A stretch of 64,000 bases of DNA. It comes from Candidatus Woesearchaeota archaeon CG10_big_fil_rev_8_21_14_0_10_37_12. GTDB lineage: Archaea; Nanobdellota; Nanobdellia; Woesearchaeales; ARS49. The position numbers and the translations under genes were made by a program. Each line of letters opens with the position of its first letter. Within the stretch, counting starts at the first letter, position 1. Below, piece by piece: positions 63,118 to 64,000 of this stretch. The stretch is taken from the NCBI GenBank assembly GCA_002762795.1, contig PCYA01000012.1, forward strand, positions 54,066-118,065. The letters are read 5' to 3'. The notes under the pieces are model-generated. The model searched no databases. It saw only the letters and a list, made by a program, of their open reading frames with translations, and had not been told where the DNA came from.

Positions 63118-64000
63118 TTACTCGGTTTCAAATTGGCTCACAATCAACGGAATAATAACATCCCCTTGCTCAGTAATACTCATTTGTTCGTACTTTCCAT
63201 CAAAAGAACCCATCGCTTTTATTTTATCTACAACAACTGCAGGATTTTCGCTATTTGATTGTGCAATAACGTTCACCATTAACTCAATACTACCATAGGA
63301 AACAGGGTGAAATTGCACAGGCTCTTTGTTAAACTTTGCTTTAAATTTCTCAGCAAAACCATCATAACTTGTAAAATGTGAATAAGGATAATCAACAGAA
63401 TAAACACCATCAACAAGCGCTCCTAGCGTGTACAGTTTCATAATTGGAAAAGCAATACCAACAACAAGATCGCCTTTGAAATTCAACTCTCTTGTTTGCC
63501 TTATTGCCAAAGGAACTGCAGGACCAAAACCGCCAATCACAAAAACATCAACATCATTTGTTAATTTTGTAATTTCAGAACGCAAATCAACAGCAGTCAA
63601 ATCATACAACTCGCTTTTAACTTCAACACTTGATGCTTTGAGATTTCTTGTCAATTCATCATTAAAAACTCTTCCGTAATCATCATCACCAGAAAGAATA
63701 CTGACTTTTTTTGCGCTTAGCTCAATAATTTTATCAGCCAATATTCTTGCTTCATCAGGCGCAACATTTGAATGACGCAAAACAAAATCAGCATTATCAG
63801 TTATTTGCGGATGGGCTGCATCAGCAAACAAAAGAACACTGTTTTTTTCAGCAACAGGCTTTAAAGCCAAAGCATGAGAACTTGTAATTGTTGCAAAAAA
63901 TTTGATGTTGTCAACACTAATCATTTTTTGCATTGCAGACACAGCACGCTTCGGATCAGAAGCAGTATCCTCAACAACCAACTCAATTTGTTTATCAAGA
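63118..64000 (-). CDS. ABC substrate-binding protein, LivK/PBP1-like (paralog 5); 5-prime end lies beyond the right window edge
   Basis: The ORF-track M at 63981 is a TTG inside an open frame (..IELVVEDTASDPKRAV). FATITSSHALA and VFVIGGFGP blocks are present. Confidence 0.75.
   Translation of the reverse strand, partial: LDKQIELVVEDTASDPKRAVSAMQKMISVDNIKFFATITSSHALALKPVAEKNSVLLFADAAHPQITDNADFVLRHSNVAPDEARILADKIIELSAKKVSILSGDDDYGRVFNDELTRNLKASSVEVKSELYDLTAVDLRSEITKLTNDVDVFVIGGFGPAVPLAIRQTRELNFKGDLVVGIAFPIMKLYTLGALVDGVYSVDYPYSHFTSYDGFAEKFKAKFNKEPVQFHPVSYGSIELMVNVIAQSNSENPAVVVDKIKAMGSFDGKYEQMSITEQGDVIIPLIVSQFETE

Overview
This is an AT-rich archaeal chromosome segment. The archaeal assignment rests on RadA, RadB, the RFC large subunit, a zinc-ribbon RPA, MBF1, archaeal-type uS2, several TrmB-family regulators, TATA-like boxes about 25-30 nt upstream of many ATGs (leaderless look), GGAGGTGA-type SD sites inside operons, and an intron-containing tRNA. 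The gene content is a mosaic: housekeeping genes (cysS, valS, uS2, udk, Nop2/Sun methylase) sit beside a large accessory load. A small-genome DPANN-like archaeon is an inference only.

The accessory load includes five or six paralogous LivK-like binding proteins, four TrmB-like regulators, a livHMGF transporter, GT-C type glycosyltransferases, pilin-like ORFs, VapBC and HEPN/NTase pairs, and a cyclodipeptide synthase.

The most striking signal is that both aminoacyl-tRNA synthetase genes in the window are preceded by a short, apparently leaderless mini-ORF ending in a run of the cognate amino acid. These are MQTQTKNVKCCCC* before cysS and MISQQQTKSTAVVVVV* before valS. This is an attenuation-like leader-peptide arrangement.

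Other non-coding structure:
- a tRNA-Leu(GAG) with a non-canonical T-loop intron
- a family of nested-palindrome elements (3-4 copies), one carrying a nested hairpin/MITE-like insertion
- two copies of a ~90-nt element with a covarying stem and pseudoknot potential
- an oriented purine-rich GTAARCAGT-type repeat family that often supplies the stop codon of plus-strand genes

All functional calls come from motif recognition by eye. No database search, HMM or folding program was run. Many starts were re-chosen from the ORF track on SD or TATA spacing and remain provisional.
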